NCBI RefSeq assembly: GCF_000007985.2
Contig: NC_002939.5
Span: 960,001 to 992,000, forward strand
DNA: 32,000 nucleotides
Direction of reading: 5' to 3'
Source of the DNA: Geobacter sulfurreducens PCA
GTDB taxonomy: Bacteria > Desulfobacterota > Desulfuromonadia > Geobacterales > Geobacteraceae
Each line of letters opens with the position of its first letter. The stretch's first letter is position 1. The notes beneath the pieces were generated by a model. The model was not told where the DNA came from, did not search any database, and saw only the letters and a list, made by a program, of their open reading frames with translations. Shown piece by piece: positions 1-9,169 of this stretch. Position numbers and translations under genes: made by a program.

Positions 1-228
1 GCTGAATTGTCGTCAGGTTCACATGGGGCACGGTTGTTTCCTCGGGAATATCAAGGGCGCTACGCGGGTGATCTCTATCTCATCCCCGGGCGTAGAGCGC
101 TTTCCCCCTCATGGAAACGGTCCTCGCGACGCGAGCCATCCGTGGCCCCTCCCCTCCGGTGACGGAGCGGGAGGTACATCCTTCCCTCCTGAAACATCGC
201 ATGGCGCCGTCCATCGCTGCCAATTGCA

Positions 229-1611
229 TCATGCCGCGCCGCCCACCGTTATTTCGTCGATGAGAAGCGTCGGTTGGGCATCGGAGACCGGCACACCCTG
301 ACCGTCCTTGCCGCAGGTCCCGATGCCGAAGCCGAGATCGCTGCCGACCTTGACGATCTTCTTGAGAATGTCCGGGCCGTTGCCGGTAAGGGTGGCTCCC
401 CTGACCGGTTCCCCGATGGCTCCATTTTCAATAAGATATCCTTCGGTGACTTCGAACACGAAGTCGCCGTTTACCGTATTTACCTGCCCGCCGCCCATCT
501 TGCGGACGAAGAGTCCCTGGCCGACCCCCCGCACGATCTCCTCCGGGTCCGACTCGCCGGGGGCAATGAGGGTGTTGGTCATCCGGACGATGGGCTTGGT
601 GTGGTACCCCTCGCGCCTGCCGTTGCCCGTGGAGGCGCAGCCGTCCTTCATGGCGGACAGCCGGTCGTAGAGATACCCTTTCAGGATGCCGTTCTCCACC
701 AGTACCGTGCGCTGGGCCGGGGTTCCCTCATCGTCGAAGGAGAACGAGCCCCGCGCGTTGGGGATGGTGGCGTCGTCGATCACCGTCACCAGGGGCGATG
801 CCACCTGTTGCCCCACTTTTCCCGTGTAGACCGACAGGCCGTTGCCGGCCAGGTCCGCCTCAAGGCCGTGGCCGATTGCCTCGTGCACCATGGTGCCGCC
901 GGCCTCCGACGAGAGGACCACCGGCATCAGCCCTCCCGGCGCCTTGCGCGCGCCGAGCATCATGACCGCCCGGCGGGCGGCGGCACGGGCGATCTCTTCG
1001 GGGGGGCGCTCCCGGAAGATCTCGTGGCCCATGAATTTCCCCGTTGCTTCATAGCCGGTCTGGATCACGTCCGCGCCAGCAGCAACCACATGGGCCAGGT
1101 ACAGGGTGCCCGTCCGATTGGTTTCGATGAAGTCGCCCAGTGAATTGGCGATCTGGCATTTCACTCGGCTGTCGCGATAGGCAATTGTAACTTGCCGAAT
1201 TGTTTCGCTGATGTCGCGGGCAGCCTTGTTGCCTCTCTCCACCAGTGCAATTTTTTCATGGAGAGCTACGCCATCTGGCGTAATTTCTATGGGGAACCCT
1301 GCCCCCACTGCCCTCGGTTTCATTGCGATGGTCTGCTCAAAGACCTTGCCCCGCACTGCCCTGCTCACCGTTGTGGCCAGTTCCATGAGGGCGGTGCCGG
1401 TCACCTCGTTGGTGTACGCGTAGGCGGTGCGGAGATCGGAAATGACCCGGATCCCCACCCCGCGGTCCGTTCCGGCGAGGACCTTCTCGATTTTTCCGTC
1501 CTCGCAGAATACTGCGGTGGTGGAGCCTTCTTCGAAGTAAATCTCCGCGAATTCACCGCCGCCCGCGAGGGCCTGTCGCAGGATGGCGGATAGGTTCATC
1601 TGGTCGAGCAT
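229..1611 (-). CDS. tldD: TldD-family metalloprotease (PmbA/TldD superfamily)
   Basis: 460-aa ORF that looks like full-length TldD and carries the HEAIGHGLE (HExxxH) metal-binding motif. An alternative ATG at 1599 would form a 4-nt ATGA overlap with the stop of the upstream small ORF. Confidence 0.9.
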   Translation of the reverse strand: MLDQMNLSAILRQALAGGGEFAEIYFEEGSTTAVFCEDGKIEKVLAGTDRGVGIRVISDLRTAYAYTNEVTGTALMELATTVSRAVRGKVFEQTIAMKPRAVGAGFPIEITPDGVALHEKIALVERGNKAARDISETIRQVTIAYRDSRVKCQIANSLGDFIETNRTGTLYLAHVVAAGADVIQTGYEATGKFMGHEIFRERPPEEIARAAARRAVMMLGARKAPGGLMPVVLSSEAGGTMVHEAIGHGLEADLAGNGLSVYTGKVGQQVASPLVTVIDDATIPNARGSFSFDDEGTPAQRTVLVENGILKGYLYDRLSAMKDGCASTGNGRREGYHTKPIVRMTNTLIAPGESDPEEIVRGVGQGLFVRKMGGGQVNTVNGDFVFEVTEGYLIENGAIGEPVRGATLTGNGPDILKKIVKVGSDLGFGIGTCGKDGQGVPVSDAQPTLLIDEITVGGAA

Positions 1612-1868
1612 ATCTCTTGTTTCCCGTCACCTTGCACCTTTTTTAAAGCAATTTCAGTGCCGAGTGCTGTTAAAAGTTCGTTGACAGTTTCCGTTAAATC
1701 GCTGGGGTATCGTACCGTGACGGTTCCGTTCGACTTGTCGGCCGAGCTGAGTACTGCGAGGCCTTCGTAGGACTCCAGGACAAAGTGAAGGTAGGCGATA
1801 TCCTTTCGTGCGACCTGAAAGGAGCGGAATGCTTCGCGGGGGGCGGTCACGGTGTCTCCTCCGGTCAT
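1596..1868 (-). CDS. Small conserved hypothetical protein, possibly DUF4911-like
   Basis: 90-aa ORF overlapping the tldD start. The ATG at 1868 has no Shine-Dalgarno. An in-frame GTG at 1850 follows GGAGGAG at good spacing and is the more likely start. The motif RKDIAYLHFVLESYEG resembles what I recall of DUF4911 proteins. Confidence 0.6.
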   Translation of the reverse strand: MTGGDTVTAPREAFRSFQVARKDIAYLHFVLESYEGLAVLSSADKSNGTVTVRYPSDLTETVNELLTALGTEIALKKVQGDGKQEICSTR

Positions 1869-1881
1869 TTATGGTGTTAAG

Positions 1882-1910
1882 TATGTATCACGCAAGTGCT
1901 TAGAAAACAA
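1882..1910 (-). promoter_or_regulatory. Candidate sigma-70 promoter for the small ORF-tldD operon
   Basis: Minus strand reads TTGTTT, a 17-nt spacer, then TACATA, inside an AT-rich divergent intergenic region. The implied TSS near 1875 fits the GTG-1850 start with its SD. Confidence 0.35.
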
Positions 1911-2077
1911 TATAAAAATTATGATACTCGAACACTTCGAAATAGCTTGAACTCTGCCTGTGCAGCGACGCCGGAAGCTGGTTGACAGGGGGAGCGATTG
2001 CACGATACAAATTAATCGCACTTAACTGGAGTGGTGGCGAAATGCCGCAGTCGGTGCAAAACAGCTTGGTGGCCGGG

Positions 2078-2106
2078 TTGTCTTTTGCGGGGGCTGTGCG
2101 TACAAT
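2078..2106 (+). promoter_or_regulatory. Candidate sigma-70 promoter for the FGE-domain gene/recQ
   Basis: TTGTCT (2078-2083), a 17-nt spacer, then TACAAT (2101-2106). It lies about 40 nt upstream of the GGAGGGAG SD and the ATG at 2145. Confidence 0.45.
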
Positions 2107-2144
2107 AGTGAGTCCGTGGCCACAGTTTTTTCGGAGGGAGATGC

Positions 2145-3026
2145 ATGAAGATGATCCGTGCCGTGCATAGTGCGGCGATTGTGTTGCTTGTTTTCAGTTA
2201 TATGGCGGAATTTTCCGGTGCCGCTTCTGGGGGGTACGCCCCAGCTTCGGTCGGGACTCAGCCTGTAGGGACAAGCTTTCGCGACCGGCTGGCCGACGGA
2301 TCGCCCGGTCCGGTCATGGTGGTGATTCCACCGGGTCGCTTCCGCATGGGAGCAATTTTCGGCGGTGGCGACCCTGACGAGAAGCCGGTCCATGAGGTGA
2401 GCATTCCCCGAGCCTTTGCCATCGGGGCGTATGAGGTGACCTTTGCCGAGTACGATCGGTTCTGCGAAGCCACGGGTCGTGAAAAACCCAAGGATGGCCG
2501 CCGCTGGTTCGGCCCCTTGTCGCGAAACTGGGGAAGGGGCAACAAGCCGGCCATGAATGTCTCCTGGGATGATGCGGTGGCCTACGTCAAATGGTTGTCT
2601 GACCAGACGGGACACCGCTATCGCCTGCCGAGTGAGGCCGAGTGGGAGTACGCGGCCCGCGGCGGCAAGGATACCCCCTACTGGTGGGGTGGCACGGTCG
2701 GCCAGAACAAGGCCAACTGCAAGGGGTGCGGCAGCCGGTGGGACAAGAAGATTACTGCACCGGTGGGCTCCTTCGCGCCCAACCCCTACGGTATGTTCGA
2801 CACCGCCGGCAACGTGTGGGAGTGGTGCGTCGACACCTGGCACGAGAGTTACGACGGCGCCCCGGCGGATGGCTCTCCCTGGATCGGCGGAGAGGATTCC
2901 CGCCGGGTCCAGCGGGGAGGGTCCTTCGGCAGCAAGCCCCGCTACATCCGCTCATCGGCCCGGGGGCGGGGTGCCCAGGATGGCCGCTACGTCTACCTGG
3001 GCTTCCGGGTCGTGCGGGAACTCTGA
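2145..3026 (+). CDS. Secreted formylglycine-generating-enzyme (FGE-sulfatase/SUMF1) domain protein
   Basis: 293 aa with an N-terminal signal-peptide-like segment ([28 protein letters not shown]). Typical FGE-sulfatase blocks are present: [27 protein letters not shown] and GFRVV. Confidence 0.85.
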   Translation: MKMIRAVHSAAIVLLVFSYMAEFSGAASGGYAPASVGTQPVGTSFRDRLADGSPGPVMVVIPPGRFRMGAIFGGGDPDEKPVHEVSIPRAFAIGAYEVTFAEYDRFCEATGREKPKDGRRWFGPLSRNWGRGNKPAMNVSWDDAVAYVKWLSDQTGHRYRLPSEAEWEYAARGGKDTPYWWGGTVGQNKANCKGCGSRWDKKITAPVGSFAPNPYGMFDTAGNVWEWCVDTWHESYDGAPADGSPWIGGEDSRRVQRGGSFGSKPRYIRSSARGRGAQDGRYVYLGFRVVREL

Positions 3027-3028
3027 CC

Positions 3029-4840
3029 GTGGGGCACGAAACCCTCGCCGTCCTCCGCACGGTCTTCGGGTACCGGTCCTTCCGCCCGTTCCAGGAGGAG
3101 ATCGTTGACCGGGTGGCGCGCGGGGGCGATACGTTCGTCCTGATGCCCACCGGCGGCGGCAAGTCCCTCTGTTACCAGATACCCTCCCTGGTACGGCCCG
3201 GCGTGGGGATCGTGATTTCCCCCCTCATTTCCCTCATGAAGGACCAGGTGGATGCCCTGCGCGAGAACGGCGTGGCAGCGGCCTGCTACAACTCGACCCT
3301 GGGCGAGCGGGAGTCGCGCCGGGTGCTCGCCCGGCTCCACGGCGGCGAGCTGGACCTTCTCTACGTGGCCCCGGAACGGCTCATGACCGATGCCTTTCTG
3401 GAGCGGCTACGGGAGATACCCATCGCGCTCTTCGCCATTGATGAGGCCCACTGCGTCTCCCAGTGGGGGCACGATTTCCGTCCTGAGTACGTGGAGCTGG
3501 GACGGTTGCGGGGGCTGTTCCCGACCGTGCCGATGATCGCCCTGACCGCCACCGCCGACGCCCAGACCCGAGGCGACATCGTGACGCGGCTGGGGCTTCG
3601 GGACGCCGAGATGTTCGTGACCGGCTTCGACCGGCCCAATATCCGCTACAGCGTTCTGGAAAAGCAGAAGCCGTTCCGACAACTGGAGGAGTTCCTGGCG
3701 ACGCGCCCCCGGGAGGCGGGCATTGTCTACTGCCTTTCCCGCAAGCGGGTGGAAGAAGTGGCGGAGAAGCTCCGGGCGGCCGGGGTGGAGGCGGGGGCCT
3801 ATCACGCCGGGCTTGCCGACGCGGAACGGAGCCGGGTCCAGGAGGCGTTCCTGCGGGACGACATCCGGGTGGTGGTGGCCACGGTGGCCTTCGGCATGGG
3901 GATCGACAAGCCCAACGTCCGGTTTGTAGTCCACTACGACCTGCCCAAGAACATCGAGAGTTACTACCAGGAAACCGGGCGGGCCGGCCGCGACGGTCTC
4001 CCGGCCGAGGCGCTGCTCCTCTTCGGCTACGGCGACATCCCGGTCTCCCGCTCCCTCATCGAGTCGGGCGGGAACCCCGAGCAGGTGCGGATCGAGCTGC
4101 ACAAGCTGAACGCGATGGTGGGGTTCGCCGAGGCACTCGTCTGCCGGCGCCGGGCACTGCTCGGCTACTTCGGCGAGCGGCTGGAGGAACCTTGTGGCAA
4201 CTGCGACCTCTGTCTGGCTCCGCCCGAAACCTTCGATGCCACCGAAGAGGCCCGCAAGGCCCTTTCCTGCGTCTACCGGGTGGGGCAGCGCTTCGGCGTG
4301 GGGCACGTGATCGATGTCCTGCGCGGTTCGCGGAGTGAACGCATCCTGGCCCTGGGCCACGACCGGCTCTCGACCTACGGCATCGGCGCCAGCCTGGCGG
4401 CCGAGGCCTGGGGGAGCATCATCCGCCAGCTCATCCACCGGGGATACCTGGAGCAGGACCTGGCCAACTACTCGGTGCTGAAGCTGACCCCTGCGGCCCG
4501 GCCGCTGCTGCGGGGCGAGGAGAGCCTGGTCCTGGCGAAGCCGCGGCTGCGGATGGCCGCTCCGAAAAAGGAAAAGGCCCCCCGCCGGCCGGGAGCCGCC
4601 ACGCCGGCGGAGCGGGACGAGGAGCTCTTCCAGGAGCTGCGGGCGCTCCGCAAACGGTTGGCGGATGACCAGCAGGTTCCTCCGTATATCATCTTCAGCG
4701 ATGCGACCCTGGCCGAGATGGCGTCGCTGCGGCCGACCACGCCGGAAGAACTTTTGCGGGTGAACGGGGTGGGCGAGCGGAAGCTCGGCCGCTACGGCGC
4801 CCCGTTCCTGGAGGCGATCCGGAGCCATGGCGCCGGTTGA
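3029..4840 (+). CDS. recQ: ATP-dependent DNA helicase RecQ
   Basis: Motifs seen:
- [13 protein letters not shown]
- Walker A MPTGGGKS
- DEAH box ([20 protein letters not shown])
- Zn-finger cysteines (CRRR...CGNCDLC)
- a C-terminal HRDC-like region
The start is set at the GTG at 3029, giving 603 aa. The track ORF from 2642 overlaps the FGE gene out of frame. Confidence 0.9.
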   Translation: MGHETLAVLRTVFGYRSFRPFQEEIVDRVARGGDTFVLMPTGGGKSLCYQIPSLVRPGVGIVISPLISLMKDQVDALRENGVAAACYNSTLGERESRRVLARLHGGELDLLYVAPERLMTDAFLERLREIPIALFAIDEAHCVSQWGHDFRPEYVELGRLRGLFPTVPMIALTATADAQTRGDIVTRLGLRDAEMFVTGFDRPNIRYSVLEKQKPFRQLEEFLATRPREAGIVYCLSRKRVEEVAEKLRAAGVEAGAYHAGLADAERSRVQEAFLRDDIRVVVATVAFGMGIDKPNVRFVVHYDLPKNIESYYQETGRAGRDGLPAEALLLFGYGDIPVSRSLIESGGNPEQVRIELHKLNAMVGFAEALVCRRRALLGYFGERLEEPCGNCDLCLAPPETFDATEEARKALSCVYRVGQRFGVGHVIDVLRGSRSERILALGHDRLSTYGIGASLAAEAWGSIIRQLIHRGYLEQDLANYSVLKLTPAARPLLRGEESLVLAKPRLRMAAPKKEKAPRRPGAATPAERDEELFQELRALRKRLADDQQVPPYIIFSDATLAEMASLRPTTPEELLRVNGVGERKLGRYGAPFLEAIRSHGAG

Positions 4841-4956
4841 GTGGGTTCTTTCCCCGTTCCCCATGTTGCGCGGGGCGCTCCGGTGTGCTATTGAACCGGG
4901 TGGGCCGACGCCCGAAGCGCTCGCCGTTTCCCATCCCCTTGCAAGCAGGTAATCCC

Positions 4957-6552
4957 ATGTCGCTCCAAAGCATGCTCCCCTACGTGACGCCGCCGGTGGT
5001 GGGCGCCGTCATCGGTTACGTAACCAACGACATCGCCATCCGGATGCTCTTCCGGCCCCTGAAGCCATGGCGCGTCTTCGGCATCCGCGTCCCCCTCACT
5101 CCGGGGGTCATTCCGGCGGGCCGCCACGAGTTCGCCGCCACCATCGGCCGGATGGTGGGCACCCACCTGGTAACGGGGACCGACGTGGCCCGGGCTTTGG
5201 GCAAGGATTCCTTCCGCCGCGAGCTTCAGGAGGCGGTGAGCGGCAAGCTGGACACCCTGCTGGACAGGGATTTGGGCACGGTGGGCTCCCTCCTGCCGGA
5301 AGGGTTTGAGAGCTGGCTCCGTGATGGGGTTGACCTGGCGGCCCGCCGGGCCGGCGAGACCGTTGCCGGATACCTGCAGGGCGAGGATTTTCGCCGGGAG
5401 CTGTCCCTGTTTCTCCGCGACCTGGAGGAGCGGGTGCTCCCCCGCGAACTGGAGCGGATCCTCGCGGGGGAGACGGGCGATGCGGTGCGGGCCGGGGCCG
5501 GACGCGCGCTGGCGGCGCTGCTCCAGTCGCGGGGGGTGAGCCGGGCCGTGGCCGGGCTGGTGGATGACAAGCTCGACGAACTGCTGGCATCGGAGCGGCC
5601 GCTGCGGGAGCTCCTGCCGCCGGAGCTGGTGGAGCTGGCGACGGCCCAGGCCCGGGAGGCGATGCCGGTCATCCTGGGCCGGGTGGCGGAATTCGTCCGT
5701 TCCCCGGAGATCCGGGATACCTTCGAGGCCAAGCTGCGGGAGGGGGTTCAGCAGTACCTGGCCAATCTGAAGGGGACCCTGGGCTTCATGGCGGGCTTCA
5801 TCAGCGTGGAGAAGCTCAACTCGTACTTCCCCGGCCTGGTGGGGAGCGTGACCGACGAGGTGGTGCGCTGGCTGGGAGAGGAAACGACCCACCGGCGGGT
5901 GGCGGCCATGGTGGATCAGGGGCTCGGCCGGATTCTGGACCGACCCCTGGCCGCGACGGTGGAGCAGCTCCCCTATCGCCGCGTGGCGCTCCTGCGCCGG
6001 TCGATCCGCCGGGGCGCGCTGGGGGTGGTGCGGCGGCCGGAAACCGCCGGCTTCCTGCTGGCCCTGGCCGAGCGCGAACTGGTGAGGCTGGCGGCTGATC
6101 CCTCCCGCCCGATACTGGAACGGCTCGCCCCCGAAGATGACCCCTCCCGGCTGCGTGAGGGCCTGGTAGGGTGGCTGACGGACAGGCTGCGCGATCCCGG
6201 AATCCGTGCAACCCTGGAGCGGATCGTGGCCGGCCGGGTGGAGGAATGGCTCTTCAATCGCCCCCTGGGCCGGCTGTCGGCACGGATCTCGGCCGAGGTC
6301 AGGCGCGACCTGGACCAGCTGATCTACCGCCAGGTGGCGGACCTGCTGGAGCGGGAGGCCCCGCCCCTGATCGATGCCCTGGACGTGGCGCGCATGGTTG
6401 AGGAGAAGATCAACACCCTGGACATTCTGGCGGTGGAGGGACTGCTCCTCTCCATCATGCAGAAGCACTTTCTCTACATCAATCTCTTCGGAGCCCTGCT
6501 GGGCTTCGTGATGGGGTCTTTCAACGTGCTGCTCATGGGGCTCGGACGGTAG
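4957..6552 (+). CDS. DUF445-family membrane protein
   Basis: Hallmark N-terminal IGYVTNDIAIRMLFRPLKPW and a C-terminal hydrophobic helix (LFGALLGFVMGSFNVLLMGL). The start is set at the ATG at 4957, after AGGT. The upstream part of the track ORF (from 4837) looks non-coding. Confidence 0.75.
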   Translation: MSLQSMLPYVTPPVVGAVIGYVTNDIAIRMLFRPLKPWRVFGIRVPLTPGVIPAGRHEFAATIGRMVGTHLVTGTDVARALGKDSFRRELQEAVSGKLDTLLDRDLGTVGSLLPEGFESWLRDGVDLAARRAGETVAGYLQGEDFRRELSLFLRDLEERVLPRELERILAGETGDAVRAGAGRALAALLQSRGVSRAVAGLVDDKLDELLASERPLRELLPPELVELATAQAREAMPVILGRVAEFVRSPEIRDTFEAKLREGVQQYLANLKGTLGFMAGFISVEKLNSYFPGLVGSVTDEVVRWLGEETTHRRVAAMVDQGLGRILDRPLAATVEQLPYRRVALLRRSIRRGALGVVRRPETAGFLLALAERELVRLAADPSRPILERLAPEDDPSRLREGLVGWLTDRLRDPGIRATLERIVAGRVEEWLFNRPLGRLSARISAEVRRDLDQLIYRQVADLLEREAPPLIDALDVARMVEEKINTLDILAVEGLLLSIMQKHFLYINLFGALLGFVMGSFNVLLMGLGR

Positions 6553-6576
6553 AGGGGCGGCCAGTCGTGCCGGTTT

Positions 6577-7518
6577 TCAGCGGGAAGCCGCGAGAAACCG
6601 GCTCCTGACCAGTTCGAAGTGGTTGTGGTGGGAGCGGAGCTTCCAGTCAACGCTCCCCTGCCGGTCGATGCGCCAGGGTGGGGCGATGATGCCGTCCTTT
6701 CCCTCCAGGAGAGCGCGGACGTTGTCGATTCCCCGACCTGCGTAGGGCCCTCCGGCGGTACCGCCGAGCCATGCCTCCTCGGGGGTGTTGGCCGTGGACC
6801 AGGAAAAGGGATCGGAGAAGAGGAAGGATGCGCCGGCGGCCAACGCCACGCGGTTGACCTCGTAGAGGTGGGCCAGGGGGTGGCGGACCCGGTCCACCAG
6901 GTTGAGGGACGCGGTCTGGTCGAAGCTGCCCCGCGCAAAGGGTATCCTGAGGGCATCGGCCACCACGAATTCGGTCCGGTCGGTCTGCCAGTGGCCGGGC
7001 AGCTCGATCCGGAATTCCTCCCGCAGGTTTCCCTCCAGGGGGAGCGAGAAGTCGATCCTTCCCTCGGCGGCCAGCCGCCGGGCCGTGCGCACGAAGGCGA
7101 CGGACAGGTCGCACCCCACGGCAATCTCGCTCCGCTGTGCCATCTCGAAGGTCAGCCGCCCCACGGCGCACCCGGCGTCGAATGCTCGCCCGCCGCCGAT
7201 GGCAAGACACCCCGCCCAATCGCCGTAAGCCGTTCCCGCATCGAGGTCCCCCATCAGGTCGGCAAAGTGGCTCCAGAGGTAGGAGTTCACCGTTGCCGCC
7301 TCCTCGTACTTCCATTGTCCCCCCCATGGCCCTTCCTCCGGTTCCGGCAGCAAGAGCGCCACCCCTTCGCGGATCGGGTAGCGGCGACGGCACCTGCGGC
7401 AGGAGAGGGTGCCGCTCACGATGTCTTCGGCCTGTTCACCGGCCCCGGAGAGGTCCAGGGGGTGTTCCTTGGGAAGGCAGGCGGGACAGATGAGCAGGGG
7501 AAGCAGAATGCGTTTCAT
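6577..7518 (-). CDS. Trm112-like zinc-ribbon fused to a class I SAM-dependent methyltransferase
   Basis: The N-terminus carries CPAC...CRRC, a pair of CxxC motifs as in Trm112-like ribbons. It is followed by SAM-binding motif I (FDAGCAVGR) and an acidic post-I motif (VGCDLS). The GGGAGGT SD lies upstream of the ATG at 7518. Confidence 0.75.
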   Translation of the reverse strand: MKRILLPLLICPACLPKEHPLDLSGAGEQAEDIVSGTLSCRRCRRRYPIREGVALLLPEPEEGPWGGQWKYEEAATVNSYLWSHFADLMGDLDAGTAYGDWAGCLAIGGGRAFDAGCAVGRLTFEMAQRSEIAVGCDLSVAFVRTARRLAAEGRIDFSLPLEGNLREEFRIELPGHWQTDRTEFVVADALRIPFARGSFDQTASLNLVDRVRHPLAHLYEVNRVALAAGASFLFSDPFSWSTANTPEEAWLGGTAGGPYAGRGIDNVRALLEGKDGIIAPPWRIDRQGSVDWKLRSHHNHFELVRSRFLAASR

Positions 7519-7557
7519 GGGATACCTCCCGCAGGGGGATGCCGCTGGGGGGAGTGG

Positions 7558-8265
7558 TCAATCGTGGATGGCGGCGAGGAAGGGGTGGAACAGCCCCTCC
7601 CGCTCCAGCAGGTGCCGGACCGCGTCCGCCCCCCGGGGGAGCAGGTCGCTCAGCCGGTGTTCCCGCTCAAGGTGGACGAGGATCGGGAAGCTGCCGTAGA
7701 GGGAGAAGGAAAAACGGGCCATGAGCGTCAGGGCGGCCCGCTGTTCGAGCTCTTCGCCCAGGTCCCGGGTGGCCGCCACGTAGTGCATGGGAAAGGCAAC
7801 CACCGAGCGGTCGAGACTTTCCACGAAGCCTCGTTTTTCCTCGCTGGAGAGTTCCGAGAAGTCCGCCCCGCACCAGCGGCTCTCCCGGGTGGCCAGAAGC
7901 GCCCGACAGGAAAAGGGGCGGACGGCATAGACGCCGCAGGCCCCATCATGATCCAGGAAGGGACAGTAGCCCGCCTCCCGCCGATGGAGGCGCAGCCAGC
8001 CGGTGAGGTCCCGGGCCCGGGGGAGAAGCTGCCGCAGCCGCGCCACATGCCCGGCAACGGCCGCTGCCTGGAGATCGCTGATGACGTCCGCGACCCGGAC
8101 TGCTTCGGTGAAGGTGCAGTTGACGGTCAGGGAGCAGCAGGCGCTGCAGCCCCTGCCGCAGTGGACCCGTCCGCCCCCCTCGGCGTAGCCGTCGATCCAG
8201 CGCCGGATCACCCCGTCGAACCGCTCCTGCAGTATCCGCACTTCATCGCACACTTCTCGCCGCAT
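7558..8265 (-). CDS. YkgJ-family cysteine-cluster protein (CxxCxxCC zinc/iron-chelating domain)
   Basis: CGRGCSACC matches the YkgJ-type CxxxCxxCC signature. A second cluster, CPFLDHDGACGVYAVRPFSCR, is present. SD AAGGGGA. Only 39 nt separate it from the downstream methyltransferase gene. Confidence 0.7.
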   Translation of the reverse strand: MRREVCDEVRILQERFDGVIRRWIDGYAEGGGRVHCGRGCSACCSLTVNCTFTEAVRVADVISDLQAAAVAGHVARLRQLLPRARDLTGWLRLHRREAGYCPFLDHDGACGVYAVRPFSCRALLATRESRWCGADFSELSSEEKRGFVESLDRSVVAFPMHYVAATRDLGEELEQRAALTLMARFSFSLYGSFPILVHLEREHRLSDLLPRGADAVRHLLEREGLFHPFLAAIHD

Positions 8266-8355
8266 GGAGTCCCCTTAACCGGCCGGTGTCCCAGCCATTT
8301 TCCGGCAAGCTTATCACAGGATCCGCGGCGCGGCGAAGGGGAAATCCCGCGGTGA

Positions 8356-8748
8356 TCAGGCTGTCGTGAGCCCCAGGGTCTGGATCTGCTCCAGCAGTTT
8401 CTCCCGTTCGAGAGGTTTCACGAGATAGGCTTCGCACTGGTTGCAGAAGGCGGCCATGACGTTGTCCCTGTCCTTGAGGGCCGTGGTCATGATGACCTTG
8501 ACGGGGGAGTCGATGTCCCGCTCTTCCTCAAAGTGACGAATTGTCTTGAGCACCTCGTGACCGGTCATGGAAGGCATCATGATATCGAGGCAAATGAGGT
8601 CGAATGGCTCGCCCAGATCGTGGGCCCACGTGAAGGCGGCAAGGGCTTCGTGGCCGTCGGCGGCCTCGGTGCATCGGCCCAGCGGATCCAGATAGGCCAG
8701 CATCAGGCGGCGGCTTGCGGGGTCGTCTTCTACAATGAGAATCTTCAT
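8356..8748 (-). CDS. Stand-alone receiver-domain response regulator (CheY-like)
   Basis: 130 aa, receiver domain only. The conserved acidic pocket (VEDD), phospho-acceptor context (CLDIMMP), the T (MTTA) and the K (LVKP) are all present. Confidence 0.9.
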   Translation of the reverse strand: MKILIVEDDPASRRLMLAYLDPLGRCTEAADGHEALAAFTWAHDLGEPFDLICLDIMMPSMTGHEVLKTIRHFEEERDIDSPVKVIMTTALKDRDNVMAAFCNQCEAYLVKPLEREKLLEQIQTLGLTTA

Positions 8749-8788
8749 GGCTGCTCCCGTGGTGTCCGGCCCCGAGGGGACGGGCGTG

Positions 8789-9169
8789 TCAGTTCAGATG
8801 TTTCTCCAGAACGGCAAGAAATTCGTTGCGGGTGATCGGTTTGATGAGAATGTCGTCGAACCCGGCGTTGAGGAACGAGCGACGCTCTTCACTCATGGCG
8901 TGGGCAGTATAGGCGATGACCGGCAGGCGTCGGTCACGGGTCTCATGCTCCCGGATGGAGCGGCAGACCTCGGTGCCGGAGATGTCGGGCATGCCGATGT
9001 CGAGCAGGACCAGGTCCAGTTCCTCCCGGTGATTCAGGGCGTAGTCGAGCCCCTCGCGGCCGCTGTCCTTCTCTATCAGCCGGTAGAGGGTACCGTTGAG
9101 CATGGCCGACACGAGCCGGCGGTTCATGAAGTTGTCGTCCACGATGAGAATGGTGCGCTGACGGGTCAT
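8789..9169 (-). CDS. Stand-alone receiver-domain response regulator (CheY-like)
   Basis: 126 aa, receiver domain only, with [21 protein letters not shown] and LIKP. Its ATG overlaps the kinase stop as ATGA (9166-9169). Confidence 0.9.
   Translation of the reverse strand: MTRQRTILIVDDNFMNRRLVSAMLNGTLYRLIEKDSGREGLDYALNHREELDLVLLDIGMPDISGTEVCRSIREHETRDRRLPVIAYTAHAMSEERRSFLNAGFDDILIKPITRNEFLAVLEKHLN

Noticed and set aside
1-228. Unassigned 228 nt downstream of tldD. It contains an imperfect long hairpin (about 53-110) and several short ORFs (33-44 aa on the minus strand, plus track ORF 23..301 on the plus strand). I considered a riboswitch, an sRNA or a truncated gene.
   Set aside because: I could find no match to any RNA family signature I know (c-di-GMP/GEMM, cobalamin, Moco, tmRNA, SRP). 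The hairpin has two bulges and no U-tract. The ORFs have odd composition, and ORF 23..301 overlaps tldD antisense. The window edge prevents further judgement.
2642-3028. 5' extension of the recQ ORF, which the track reports as 732 aa from 2642.
   Set aside because: It overlaps the well-supported FGE-domain gene in another frame and encodes Arg/Gly/Pro-rich nonsense. RecQ homology starts only about 10 residues before [10 protein letters not shown], so the GTG at 3029 was chosen.
6570-6601. Compound hairpin (CCGGTTT...GCGG-GAAG-CCGC...AAACCGG) between the convergent DUF445 and methyltransferase genes.
   Set aside because: It overlaps the 3' coding end of the methyltransferase gene and has no U-tract on either strand, so I did not call a terminator.
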